A stretch of DNA of 64,000 bases from Parcubacteria group bacterium (GTDB taxonomy: Bacteria > Patescibacteriota > Minisyncoccia > Moranbacterales > UBA11712), in the NCBI GenBank assembly GCA_041659685.1, contig JBAZXV010000006.1, positions 2,032 to 66,031 of the forward strand, in the 5' to 3' direction. The notes beneath the pieces are model-generated. The model made no database searches and was not told where the DNA came from. It saw nothing but the letters and a program-made list of their open reading frames with translations. The first letter of the stretch is position 1. Every line of letters starts with the position of its first letter. Both the position numbers and the translations under genes were made by a program. Positions 46,142-55,546 of the stretch are shown here, one piece after another.

Positions 46142-47722
46142 TCATCTTAAGAATTCCAGTAAATTTTGTCCTGTCATTTCCGGCGGGATTTTTATTTTCA
46201 TCAAGCTTAATATTGTTGGCGCAACATCGCTGAGAAATCCTCTCACATTGGTCGTGTCCTCCAAAATCTCAGATTCGCCTTTCTGGCGCTGATTGTCAGG
46301 AGAGACATACCAAAAAGGAACGGGAAACGTGGAGTGCTCGGTATCAGGTTCTTCCGTCCGGGGATTCGTAACTTCTTCGGCGTTTCCATGGTCCGCCGTT
46401 ATGAAAAGAGTTCCGCCAATTTTAAGAACCTCCGGAATTAACTTGCCCAGGCACTGGTCCACAGTTTCTATGGCGGAGATCGCAGCTTTTAAATTTCCGG
46501 TGTGTCCGACCATGTCGGGATTGGCATAATTTATCAGGACAAAGGAATATTTTCCCGTGCCTAATTCCTGAATCGCTTTTTCGGTTATGGAGGAAGCGCT
46601 CATTTCCGGGGCTTTGTCGTAAGTTGAAACTGACTGGGAAGGAATCAATACATGGTCTTCGTTGGGGAAAGGATCTTCTTTGCCCCCGTTAAAAAAATAT
46701 GTGACGTGAGCATACTTTTCCGTTTCTGCGATTCTGAGCTGGTGGAGGCCTTCGCGACTGATTATTTCACCGAGGCAATGGTCCATTTTTTCCGGAGGAA
46801 ATATAACTTTGACCGGCAGGTTGTCCTCGTATTGAACCATGCAGATGAATTCCAGATCCGGCAGATATTTCTGACGATTGAACTTGGAAAAAGAAGGAAG
46901 GACAAAAGCCTTGGTAATCTGGCGGGCGCGATCTTCCCGGAAATTAAAGAAGATAAGGGAATCTTTCTCCGTGACGAAATTTATTTCTCCCTTTTCGTCC
47001 TCAATTGCAGTCGGCTCGATGAATTCGTCGGTAATATTGGCTTTGTAGGATTTTTGGACGGCCTCTTTGGCGCTTTTTTCTTTTTTTCCGATTCCTTGCG
47101 TAAGAAGATTATACGCCTTTTCGGTGCGGTTCCAATTGTCGTTTCGATCCATGGCGAAATATCTTCCGCAAAGAGAAGCTATTTTTCCGCTGCCGAACTC
47201 GCTGAGACGCGTTTCAATGTTTTCAATCACTTCTTCTCCCGATCGGGGAGGGGAATCGCGTCCATCCAAAAAAAGATGGAGATAAACCTTCTTCAGCTTA
47301 TTGTTTTTTGCAAGCTCCAAAAGGGCAAAGAGATGACTGAGGGAGCTGTGGACTCCGCCGTTAGAGGCAAGTCCCATGATGTGGAGGGCGCTGTCATTTT
47401 TTTTTACATTTTCAATCGCGGCGTTCAAAGCTTCTTTCTTGAAGAAATTTCCTTCCTGGATGGAAAGGGTGATGCGGGGAAGGTTTTGATAGATTACCCG
47501 GCCGGCCCCCAGAGCAAGATGCCCGACTTCCGAGTTGCCCATTTCTCCCCAGGGGAGCCCGACGGAGATTCCTGATGCCTGCAAGAGCGTTTGGGGGTAA
47601 TAGCGTTGCAGTTTGTTCATTGTGGGCGTGTTTGCCTGCGCGATTGCATTTCCTTCGAAGGCCGGATTCACTCCCCAGCCGTCAAGGATTATCAAGAAAA
47701 TTGGTTTTACCATGTGTGTCAA
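46142..47722 (-). CDS. gpmI: 2,3-bisphosphoglycerate-independent phosphoglycerate mutase
   Basis: 526 aa; N-terminal LIILDGWG and metalloenzyme-domain residues. Confidence 0.9.
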   Translation of the reverse strand: MTHMVKPIFLIILDGWGVNPAFEGNAIAQANTPTMNKLQRYYPQTLLQASGISVGLPWGEMGNSEVGHLALGAGRVIYQNLPRITLSIQEGNFFKKEALNAAIENVKKNDSALHIMGLASNGGVHSSLSHLFALLELAKNNKLKKVYLHLFLDGRDSPPRSGEEVIENIETRLSEFGSGKIASLCGRYFAMDRNDNWNRTEKAYNLLTQGIGKKEKSAKEAVQKSYKANITDEFIEPTAIEDEKGEINFVTEKDSLIFFNFREDRARQITKAFVLPSFSKFNRQKYLPDLEFICMVQYEDNLPVKVIFPPEKMDHCLGEIISREGLHQLRIAETEKYAHVTYFFNGGKEDPFPNEDHVLIPSQSVSTYDKAPEMSASSITEKAIQELGTGKYSFVLINYANPDMVGHTGNLKAAISAIETVDQCLGKLIPEVLKIGGTLFITADHGNAEEVTNPRTEEPDTEHSTFPVPFWYVSPDNQRQKGESEILEDTTNVRGFLSDVAPTILSLMKIKIPPEMTGQNLLEFLR

Positions 47723-48026
47723 ATGAAAAACTTATATTTTAGCCCGCATAGCTTAGTCTTTGAATTAATTTTAGCGTGCCAGTTCGAAAGTTATTAAATT
47801 TTAACACGGTATGCTTAATTTTGACAAAAAAAACAGAATGTTTTAATATAATCTTCGTTGATTGTTAAAACGCAGCGTCAATTGATAACAAGTTAGCACC
47901 TAGTATTTGAGGTCATATCCCGTGTTTATAAGTCGGATCATTATCCTAAAAAATAAACTGCGAAAGACGTATTTCGCATAAATATCAAGATGTATAGATG
48001 TTATCAACTGAATAGCTCTCAAAATT

Positions 48027-49559
48027 ATGGAACTAAGTTTCGGTCTTCTTGCTATTGGAATTTTAAGTTTAGCGGTTGGTTCGCTGTTGGGGTATCTTGC
48101 CCGCCAGTCAATCGCTAAAAAACAACTGGGCACCGCAGAAGGGAAAGCCAACAAAATGATCCAGGACGCTGAGGTGGCGGTTCAGGCGAGTCTTTTGGAA
48201 TCCAAAAATAAAGCGGTTGAAATTCTTGAAGAAGCCAAAAAAGAGGAGAAGAAAAGGCAGGATCAAATCTTCAGGCTTGAAAAAAGACTGGAGGCAAGAG
48301 AGGTGACTCTCGACAAAAAATTGGACGAGCTGGAACGGGGAAAAGATCTTCTGATAAGAAAAGCTGAAGAAATCAAAAAGATAAAAAGAGAAACCGAAGC
48401 CGCAAAGCAGGAGCAGCTCACAAGGCTTGAAAAGATTGCAGGGCTTTCAAAAGAGGAAGCGAAAAAAATTCTTTTGCAGCTGGCTGAGGAGCAAAACAAA
48501 GATCTCGTGGCAAAGCAAATGAAGAAGCTTGAACGGGAGGGAAAAGAAGAGCTGGAAAAGAAAGCTAAAAATATCATGACTATAGCTCTCCAGCGTTATG
48601 CGGGAAGTCACGCAATGGAAACCACCACCTCGACCGTTGCCATTCCGTCGGATGAACTAAAAGGGAGAATTATCGGTCGGGAAGGGAGAAATATAAAGAC
48701 TCTGGAGAGACTGACGGGAATTGAGATCATTGTTGACGACACGCCCGAAGCCATAGTGATTTCCGGCTTTAACCCTGTGCGGCGGGAAATCGCAAGATTG
48801 GCTCTGGAAAAATTAATTGTGGACGGGCGCATTCATCCGACCCGTATTGAAGAAGCGGTTAATTTTGCCAAAACGGAGGTAAATAATAAAATCAAGGAAG
48901 CCGGAGAGGCAGCCGCTTACGATGTCGGCATTGCCGGACTTGACCCGAAATTAATTCAGCTTATCGGAAGACTTCGGTTCAGGACCAGCTACGGGCAGAA
49001 CGTTCTGCTTCATTCTTTGGAGGTGGCGCATCTTTCCGGAGCGCTGGCATCCGAGCTTGGACTTGACGTCAGTCTGGCAAAAAAAGCGGGACTTCTCCAC
49101 GACATTGGAAAAGCGATCGATCATGAGGTGCAGGGCACGCATATCGAAATCGGCGTAAGTATCCTGAAAAAATTCGGGATGGAACAAGCGGTGATTGATG
49201 CCATGAAATCCCATCACGAAGACTATCCCTTTGAAAGCAATGAATCCATGATTGTGGCCGCCGCCGACGCTCTTTCAGCTTCCCGGCCAGGGGCGCGCAA
49301 AGACACTTTGGAAAATTATCTCAAGCGCCTGACGGATCTTGAGAACGTTGCCACTTCTTTCCCGGAGGTTGAGAAATCTTATGCCATTCAAGCCGGCCGC
49401 GAGATCAGGGTGTTTGTTAAGCCCGATCAAGTGGATGATCTTGGCGCTCTGAAACTTGCCCGGACAATTGCCGACAAAATAGAAGACGAACTGAAATATC
49501 CCGGAGAAATAAAAGTTAACGTTCTTCGCGAAACAAGAGCTGTTGAAATCGCAAGATAG
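48027..49559 (+). CDS. rny: Ribonuclease Y
   Basis: 510 aa; N-terminal TM, coiled-coil, KH ([17 protein letters not shown]) and HD domain ([12 protein letters not shown]). Confidence 0.9.
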   Translation: MELSFGLLAIGILSLAVGSLLGYLARQSIAKKQLGTAEGKANKMIQDAEVAVQASLLESKNKAVEILEEAKKEEKKRQDQIFRLEKRLEAREVTLDKKLDELERGKDLLIRKAEEIKKIKRETEAAKQEQLTRLEKIAGLSKEEAKKILLQLAEEQNKDLVAKQMKKLEREGKEELEKKAKNIMTIALQRYAGSHAMETTTSTVAIPSDELKGRIIGREGRNIKTLERLTGIEIIVDDTPEAIVISGFNPVRREIARLALEKLIVDGRIHPTRIEEAVNFAKTEVNNKIKEAGEAAAYDVGIAGLDPKLIQLIGRLRFRTSYGQNVLLHSLEVAHLSGALASELGLDVSLAKKAGLLHDIGKAIDHEVQGTHIEIGVSILKKFGMEQAVIDAMKSHHEDYPFESNESMIVAAADALSASRPGARKDTLENYLKRLTDLENVATSFPEVEKSYAIQAGREIRVFVKPDQVDDLGALKLARTIADKIEDELKYPGEIKVNVLRETRAVEIAR

Positions 49560-49733
49560 GGCAAAGACAAAAGAAAGAAAAATTATTGCGCCGCTGTATT
49601 GAACATCAGTAACGATAAAATGGCGGAATTTCGGCAAAATGGATCGGATCTATTGCAGTAAGGCGGATAATGGCTTAAAATAAATAAAAAAGATAGGTAT
49701 TCATTAATTCTAAAATAGAAAGAGAGGTGTATT

Positions 49734-50057
49734 ATGGCTACCGATATCAATAAAGATGCTCTGGTCGAAATGGTTGCGAATAAGACCGGCCAAACAAAAA
49801 AAGAAGTTGAGTTGACTGTTGATAATGTAGTGGATGTGATTATGGACGCTCTTCATCAGGACAGGAAGGTCACTATCGCCGGTTTTGGAACCTTTAAGGT
49901 TACGCATAGAGCGGCGCGGGAGGGGATTAATCCGCAGACCAAAGAAAGAATAACAATCGGAGCGGTTAACACTCCAAAGTTTACAGCCGGGAAACGTCTT
50001 AAGGAAACAGTGAGATCTCAAGTTGTGCCAGCACCTCAAGAAGCTCCAGCTGAATAA
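49734..50057 (+). CDS. hup: HU-family DNA-binding protein
   Basis: 107 aa; GFGTFKVTHRAAREGINPQTKERITIGAVNTPKFTAGKRLKE matches the HU arm. Confidence 0.85.
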   Translation: MATDINKDALVEMVANKTGQTKKEVELTVDNVVDVIMDALHQDRKVTIAGFGTFKVTHRAAREGINPQTKERITIGAVNTPKFTAGKRLKETVRSQVVPAPQEAPAE

Positions 50058-50247
50058 ATTATTACTTGGCTTAAGATAAACTACCTCGCGTTTTTTCTGT
50101 GCGAGGGAATCGCAAACCATCCTCTTTTCAGGATGGTTTGCATTATCAATTGCCGAACTGAAGCGGACGGTTATTCGCTCGGCAGGAATTAGAGACCGGC
50201 CAGGTCATTGCCAGGATAACAATTTTCCAATAGGATATAAAAGTGTC

Positions 50248-50318
50248 CGGGCTGTCGTATACCGGTAGTACGCATGCTTTGGGAGCATGTCGACTGGGTT
50301 CAATTCCCAGCAGCCCGA
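50248..50318 (+). tRNA. tRNA-Pro (anticodon UGG)
   Basis: Acceptor CGGGCTG/CAGCCCG; anticodon stem CATGC/GCATG with loop TTTGGGA; T-arm CTGGGTTCAATTCCCAG. Confidence 0.75.
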
Positions 50319-50320
50319 AA

Positions 50321-50393
50321 TCGAACGGGAAAGGGGTCGGGGAAACGGGAGTTTCTCCGGGGTGGAAGTATTGAAACCGAAAGGTTTCAAGGA
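50321..50393 (+). repeat. tRNA-associated ~74-bp repeat, copy 4 (variant TCGAACGGGAAAGGGGTCGGGGAAACGGGAGTTTCTCCGGGGTGGAAGTATTGAAACCGAAAGGTTTCAAGGA)
   Basis: Begins 2 nt after tRNA-Pro; hairpin stem TTGAAACC/GGTTTCAA is preserved with loop GAAA. Followed by hairpin CCGCCAGATGGCGG and a duplicated tRNA-Pro 3' fragment (ATTCCCAGCAGCCCGAAA, 50418-50436). Confidence 0.85.
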
Positions 50394-50471
50394 TCCGCCA
50401 GATGGCGGAAACGTGAAATTCCCAGCAGCCCGAAATAAGAAGAAATAGTAAATAATAAGAGTATTCGCGCT

Positions 50472-50816
50472 ATGATCGAAGATGGATCAGGCTTTGAGAA
50501 CAAGGATATCGGTTACAGAGCGGAAATCAGGCTTAGATTTGTGAAAGAGCTTGCTTGGAAGCTTCAATCGGCTAAAATTTGTTTTGATGCGTTAGAGCGA
50601 AAACCGCACGATGAATCACTGAGAGCGGATCTTGAAAACCGCAGAAAAGAATTTGCGGAGGCCGTCGATAGGTTCATTGAGGAAGAGCGCAGCCGCCCGA
50701 CTGTCAAGATAAACGCGGCATCCCTTTCGAAGCTGAAGGAATACTGCGAATTCAGCTGGGAAGAGGGAGAACGTCTTAAGGAATTAATGAGGAATGTTTC
50801 CGAGATGGCAAATTGA
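50472..50816 (+). CDS. Hypothetical protein
   Basis: 114 aa helical protein located between two tRNA-repeat units. Confidence 0.35.
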   Translation: MIEDGSGFENKDIGYRAEIRLRFVKELAWKLQSAKICFDALERKPHDESLRADLENRRKEFAEAVDRFIEEERSRPTVKINAASLSKLKEYCEFSWEEGERLKELMRNVSEMAN

Positions 50817-50874
50817 CGCGAGCGGTGGGAGAGAGTTTACTATATGTCTGGACTCCTATAATATAAAAATACCT

Positions 50875-50946
50875 GCGGGTGTTGTATAATGGCTATTACA
50901 TCAGGTTTCCAACCTGAGGACGAGGGTTCGATTCCCTTCACCCGCT
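50875..50946 (+). tRNA. tRNA-Gly (anticodon UCC)
   Basis: Acceptor GCGGGTG/CACCCGC with discriminator U; anticodon stem TCAGG/CCTGA with loop TTTCCAA; T-loop TTCGATT. Confidence 0.8.
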
Positions 50947-50947
50947 C

Positions 50948-50988
50948 ACTGAAACGAAAAATCTCCTTAAGGGGATTTTTTGTTTTGC
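50948..50988 (+). terminator. Rho-independent terminator after tRNA-Gly (ATCTCCTTAAGGGGATTTTTTG)
   Basis: Hairpin plus T-run. A 34-nt segment including it (50946-50979) is repeated at 52321-52354. Confidence 0.65.
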
Positions 50989-51006
50989 TGAATATGAGGG
51001 TGGGAA

Positions 51007-51080
51007 TCGAACGGGAAAGGGGCCGGGGAAACGGGAGTTTCTCCGGGGTGGAAGTATTGAAACCGAAAAGTTTCAAGGAG
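51007..51080 (+). repeat. tRNA-associated ~74-bp repeat, copy 5
   Basis: TCGAACGGGAAAGGGGCCGGGGAAACGGGAGTTTCTCCGGGGTGGAAGTATTGAAACCGAAAAGTTTCAAGGAG; followed by hairpin GCGAAGCGACGTTCGCTTC and a duplicated tRNA-Gly 3' fragment (CCCTTCACCCGCTCAG, 51097-51113). Confidence 0.85.
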
Positions 51081-51356
51081 CGAAGCGACGTTCGCTTCCC
51101 TTCACCCGCTCAGTTTTCGAAAAATTCAAATCAAGGCTTTCACAAAACTTTTTCCAGTTCTGACCAAAAAATTATTTTCACAAAAATTGGCTTGCTTGAT
51201 CCCTTTTTTGTGTGAATTTTCTTCATATTTAAGGCAAAATATCTCCTCAAAAACTTGGTTCTAGCTGTGTGCCCTTGCTTCTGTCGAACTTACGGAAGCA
51301 CGACTTGACAAAAATAGTGAATAGAGTATGATAATAGTATAATATTCACTAAAAAT

Positions 51357-52247
51357 ATGCCAGTGACTCGTCCTATCAAAAACCACATTCAGGCCTTGAA
51401 AAAACAGTATGATATCCTCAAAAAAGGCAAAGATTCGCTTTTGAATTTGATCGACCAGACCGAAATTCCGGAAAGCGTCTACAATTCAAATGCTATCGAA
51501 AATTCAACTTTGACATTCAAAGAGACGGAGAAAATACTTTTGGAGATGGAAATGTCTCGCGATGTCAGTGTCAGGGAAGTATACGAAGCCAAAAATCTGG
51601 CTCGCGTCATGGATTACATTAAGAAAAAGTCGGAAGAATCGGAAATCAATAGGGAGCTGATTCTTCTGCTTCATCAAATGCTTATCGGTGGCATTGATGA
51701 TAATATTTCCGGACGGTTCAGAAATACAGGCGAGTATGTTCGAGTGGGAACACATATCGCGCCGCCTCCAGAAAAAGTGAGCAGTATGATTGCGGTGATA
51801 ATAAATCAATATGTGAGTGACAAGGAAAAATATTTTCTCGATAAAATTTCCCTATTTCACCTTGATTTTGAAACTGTCCATCCGTTTTGTGACGGCAATG
51901 GCCGAATTGGCAGAGCGCTGATGTGCTATCAGCTGGTTCAATTAGGCTATCCGCCGATAATTATCCGTGATAAAGAAAAAGGAAATTACTATAATGCTTT
52001 TGGCGAGTACAGATTCAAAAAGAATACCAAGCCAATGGAAAAAATAGTTGCTCTTTCTGTGATGGAATCTCTGCACAAACGCATAGCCTATCTTTCCGGA
52101 GAAGAAATCATTACCTTGTCCGATTATGCTAAAATAAAAAACAAAAAAGCGCCAGCCTTGTTCAACGCGGCGAAGCGCCAAAACATTCCTGCTTTTCGGG
52201 AAAGGGGAGTTTGGAAAATCAGTTCCGATTGGAAAGATAGCAAATAA
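51357..52247 (+). CDS. Fic/DOC-family protein (putative AMPylase or related nucleotidyl/phosphocholine transferase)
   Basis: 296 aa; Fic active-site motif HPFCDGNGRIGRALM. Confidence 0.85.
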   Translation: MPVTRPIKNHIQALKKQYDILKKGKDSLLNLIDQTEIPESVYNSNAIENSTLTFKETEKILLEMEMSRDVSVREVYEAKNLARVMDYIKKKSEESEINRELILLLHQMLIGGIDDNISGRFRNTGEYVRVGTHIAPPPEKVSSMIAVIINQYVSDKEKYFLDKISLFHLDFETVHPFCDGNGRIGRALMCYQLVQLGYPPIIIRDKEKGNYYNAFGEYRFKKNTKPMEKIVALSVMESLHKRIAYLSGEEIITLSDYAKIKNKKAPALFNAAKRQNIPAFRERGVWKISSDWKDSK

Positions 52248-52320
52248 GAAAAGGATAAAAAAATATCTTAGCCAAGCATCTTTTCCATAAATCCGGTTCT
52301 AACCGCGTGTACTAGTCAGT

Positions 52321-52354
52321 TCACTGAAACGAAAAATCTCCTTAAGGGGATTTT
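52321..52354 (+). repeat. Direct repeat of the tRNA-Gly 3' flank and terminator (TCACTGAAACGAAAAATCTCCTTAAGGGGATTTT)
   Basis: 34 of 34 nt identical to 50946-50979. The two copies bracket repeat copy 5, the tRNA fragment and the Fic gene. It also acts as a terminator between convergent genes. Confidence 0.8.
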
Positions 52355-52376
52355 CATTTCTGTAGCAAGCACTAAG

Positions 52377-52631
52377 TCATTTTCTTATCAATTCTTTCAA
52401 CTCCTTATATTCCTTGCTTTTATCAATTATTTCTTGAAAATATTTATTGCTTTTCCAATATACTTTATATGCATTCGCACTAGATCTTGAAGAAATGATT
52501 CTGTAAGTTTTGTCTATAATTTCAAGCGCGCAATAATTATCAACTGCGACGGCGACACCGGGAGTCTTTTTCATCATTTTTTTCAAATCAGCTTTTCTGT
52601 GTATCTGCGTGTCGTAATGAAGATTAAACAT
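52377..52631 (-). CDS. Hypothetical protein
   Basis: 84 aa ORF convergent with the Fic gene. Confidence 0.35.
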   Translation of the reverse strand: MFNLHYDTQIHRKADLKKMMKKTPGVAVAVDNYCALEIIDKTYRIISSRSSANAYKVYWKSNKYFQEIIDKSKEYKELKELIRK

Positions 52632-52685
52632 CCTGGCTTTTTCCTGATATAATTAAAGCGATCAGTAAGGCTTTAGATTAATATT

Positions 52686-53723
52686 ATGAAAAGAATGGAA
52701 TTTCGTGCAGGCGAAGAATCTTTACCTGACAAAGCAGCGAAAAAAAATGCCAGTGGAGCTGATCTGAGTCCCTTCAAGGAAGGGGCGGTAGGGAAAAGTA
52801 TTTCTGAAGGTTCGCATGCGAATATTCATGAGATAAACAAGCCAAGAGAGGGTTTTCCGGATAGGATAGTTAAAATCGGGAAAACGGATGGTTATACGCC
52901 GCCTCTTTTAAGCGATAAACTGCGAATCAAATTTTCCAGAAAAAGAGTCAGTGACGCCTTGGTTAAGCTGTTCGGGCCGAGATTTCAAATTCATCCGGAC
53001 CAGGATTTTATTAAAAACGGAGTGGCGGAATACTTAATCATGAGGGAATATTTTGGGCATGACGGAAGAGAAGATAAAAATACCAGCCAAAAAAATCGCA
53101 GAGAATTATTGGCTTCGCTGGAGGATCATGGCAACCCATTCTATAAAGAGATGGCGTGCGTTCTCGGCGATAACGGATTAATTGCTGAAACCATCCAAGT
53201 TCTCAAAAATCACCAGCATGATAATTTTCTTCCTGAGGAGCAAACAATTATCGGCCATCCGCCCAATGCAGTTCATGGACAGGCGGGGAGTTTCCGGGCC
53301 AGGGGCGAGAAATTGCCGGTCACTTATTATATTTATCAGGAAAAAATCGCCGGTTCAAACACCGTTCCGCTCCGGGAGTTAAGCGACGAGGAACTATTGA
53401 AGTATCCAAAATTAATTGAAAAATTACTTACTTTTGCGATTTTAACCAAAAAAATGTATTTCGACACCGGTAAATTAATTGACACAAGGCCTGAAGAGCT
53501 GGCAAAGCATCCCTTTGAGTGGTTTCAAGAGACGGCTAATATTTTAGTGAACAAAGATGAACAGGAATTATCGTTTACTGACACTCGCTGGCTTTGGGAT
53601 GGGGACAGCCGCGTAGGAAAAGAAGGGGTGAACCTTGTAAAGCATCTTGGGATAAAGTCGGTTAACGGCGCCATAAGGAAATACGCCGGCATGCTAAAAT
53701 CACTGAGGAGGATGCGGTTATGA
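52686..53723 (+). CDS. Hypothetical protein
   Basis: 345 aa; no motif recognised. Confidence 0.4.
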   Translation: MKRMEFRAGEESLPDKAAKKNASGADLSPFKEGAVGKSISEGSHANIHEINKPREGFPDRIVKIGKTDGYTPPLLSDKLRIKFSRKRVSDALVKLFGPRFQIHPDQDFIKNGVAEYLIMREYFGHDGREDKNTSQKNRRELLASLEDHGNPFYKEMACVLGDNGLIAETIQVLKNHQHDNFLPEEQTIIGHPPNAVHGQAGSFRARGEKLPVTYYIYQEKIAGSNTVPLRELSDEELLKYPKLIEKLLTFAILTKKMYFDTGKLIDTRPEELAKHPFEWFQETANILVNKDEQELSFTDTRWLWDGDSRVGKEGVNLVKHLGIKSVNGAIRKYAGMLKSLRRMRL

Positions 53724-53852
53724 TTTTTTTCCGGCAGGGCGCTATTTACTTAACGTCCTGATCCGCCTTTGTTTGCAACGGGAGTATTCTAAAACGCCGG
53801 TTTTATGTCTGTGATATAATTATTTTATGTGATAATTCGCGATTATAGAGCC

Positions 53853-54632
53853 ATGAGAAAATACGGCGTTGATAAAAATGGATTTATTAAATCAGGGGCA
53901 GGTCTTAATGAGATAAAGGCGCCCTTTAAAAAAATCGTTACCGGTTCCAGGCGAGAAATTATCGGTAAATTTGGAGGCAAAATACACAGCATATATATTT
54001 ACGGAAGCGCGGCAACCGGAAAGGCCCGGCCCCGAATATCGGATTTAGATATCCTCGTCGCGTTCAGGAAAAAGCCGACTTCCGAAATTGAAGAACAAAT
54101 TAAGGATCTCCAGAATATATTGTCAAACAAATTTCGGCAGGCGGTTCGCAAAGTCGACATTGTTTCAATTTTTGTTAAGGAAGCAACCGGCGACAAATAT
54201 GGCTGGGGCTGCTTTATAAAACACCTCTCGGTTTGCGTTTATGGAACCGACCTTTCAAAAAATTTACCGAAATTCAAACCGTCAAAAAAAATCGCCTCTG
54301 CATTCAACAGCGATATCGGAAAATGTTTGGATGACACTCTGGAAAAATTAGAGTCTATTTCGGATGACAGGGAAGTTATAAATCTATGCAGGGAAACCAT
54401 GAGAAAAATTGTTCGCGCGGGATTCAGCCTGGTTATGGACCGGGAAGAATCCTGGACTTCTGATCTTGATAAATCCTGCGAAGTATTTTCGAAATACTAT
54501 CCGGAGCAAACTCTGAAAATGAAGAAGGCTCTTGCAATGGCCAAAAAACCGCTGGCGGATAAAAAAACATTAGCGGATTTCCTTAACGGATTTAGATACT
54601 GGCTGACGAGGGAGGCAAATAGAAAGCTGTAG
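53853..54632 (+). CDS. Nucleotidyltransferase-domain protein (AadA/ANT(3'')(9)-like fold)
   Basis: NTase motif IYIYGSAATGKARPRISDLDILVAF followed by a helical C-terminal domain, as in aminoglycoside/streptomycin adenylyltransferase family proteins. ATG at 53853 preferred over the GTG at 53829. Confidence 0.55.
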   Translation: MRKYGVDKNGFIKSGAGLNEIKAPFKKIVTGSRREIIGKFGGKIHSIYIYGSAATGKARPRISDLDILVAFRKKPTSEIEEQIKDLQNILSNKFRQAVRKVDIVSIFVKEATGDKYGWGCFIKHLSVCVYGTDLSKNLPKFKPSKKIASAFNSDIGKCLDDTLEKLESISDDREVINLCRETMRKIVRAGFSLVMDREESWTSDLDKSCEVFSKYYPEQTLKMKKALAMAKKPLADKKTLADFLNGFRYWLTREANRKL

Positions 54633-54652
54633 CTTTTTTAAAGTTAAGCATC

Positions 54653-55546
54653 ATGAAAATTAAAAAAGTCCTGGCGCATCTTCTTGGGCTTCTTGAAAAG
54701 TGGGGTATTCCTTCGGAAGATTGGATTTTGACCGGCCAATACGCAGACCGTATGCAAGGTTATGAGGTTAAGGTTCGCAAGGGTCATCTGAATATTCTCG
54801 TTCCCCGGGCAAAGATTCCCTGGAGAATCGGAAGAGCGCTTGAAGCCCATGCGCCGGCAGGAACTTCTCAAGGAAATCAATTTCAAAAATTCTTAAAGGA
54901 AACCGGCTTTGAATTCGATTTTTTGCCAATGTCTTCGGGGGAATTTAAGAAAAATGTAAAGAAAACCGTCCGATACAGTCTTCGGGACGGGAGAGAAATT
55001 TTGCTTCTGGCTCCTATCGGCGAGCTTAAATTGCTTAAAAATATCTTGGAAAAATCAAATGAAAAAGCGTGGGGTACTGAAAAGGGAAGAAGGATACTCG
55101 GCTATGTCGAAGAATTCGCGAATGAACTGAAGCGAAAAAATGAAAAAGAAGATTCCGAAGCCTATTCACGCGTTGCGGAAAAATACAAATATCTTAAGAA
55201 AACCTCAATTCAAAAGCGGGGTCGGAAAAAAGAAATCAGAGGACTGACGGCTTATGCAGGCAAAGCTAAGGGCATCGCCAGGATTATCGGTGAGGCTTCA
55301 AAGACAAAATTTGATCGCGGCAATATCTTGGTGACAAAAATGACGAGTCCTAAATTCACTCCACTCATGCTGAAAGCGGCTGCGATTGTTACGGATATTG
55401 GGGGCCAGCTATGCCACGCGGCAATTACCAGTCGGGAACTCAAGATTCCCTGCATCGTTGGCGCAAAGAGCGCTACAAAAATTATTCATGACGGTGACAT
55501 GATTAAAGTGGATGCCGGCAGGGGGATAATAAAAATTATGAAATGA
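54653..55546 (+). CDS. Protein with C-terminal PEP-utilising-enzyme mobile (swivel phosphohistidine) domain
   Basis: 297 aa; C-terminal ILVTKMTSPKFTPLMLKAAAIVTDIGGQLCHAAITSRELKIPCIVGA matches the PEP-utilisers mobile domain. N-terminal 200 aa are uncharacterised. 4-nt overlap with the next gene. Confidence 0.55.
   Translation: MKIKKVLAHLLGLLEKWGIPSEDWILTGQYADRMQGYEVKVRKGHLNILVPRAKIPWRIGRALEAHAPAGTSQGNQFQKFLKETGFEFDFLPMSSGEFKKNVKKTVRYSLRDGREILLLAPIGELKLLKNILEKSNEKAWGTEKGRRILGYVEEFANELKRKNEKEDSEAYSRVAEKYKYLKKTSIQKRGRKKEIRGLTAYAGKAKGIARIIGEASKTKFDRGNILVTKMTSPKFTPLMLKAAAIVTDIGGQLCHAAITSRELKIPCIVGAKSATKIIHDGDMIKVDAGRGIIKIMK

Noticed and set aside
46652-47575. 307-aa plus-strand ORF antisense to gpmI
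   Set aside because: Lies within and opposite the well-conserved phosphoglycerate mutase gene; shadow ORF.
50889-51215. 108-aa ORF overlapping tRNA-Gly(UCC), terminator and repeat copy 5
   Set aside because: Entirely explained by the RNA gene and repeat. Low-complexity translation.
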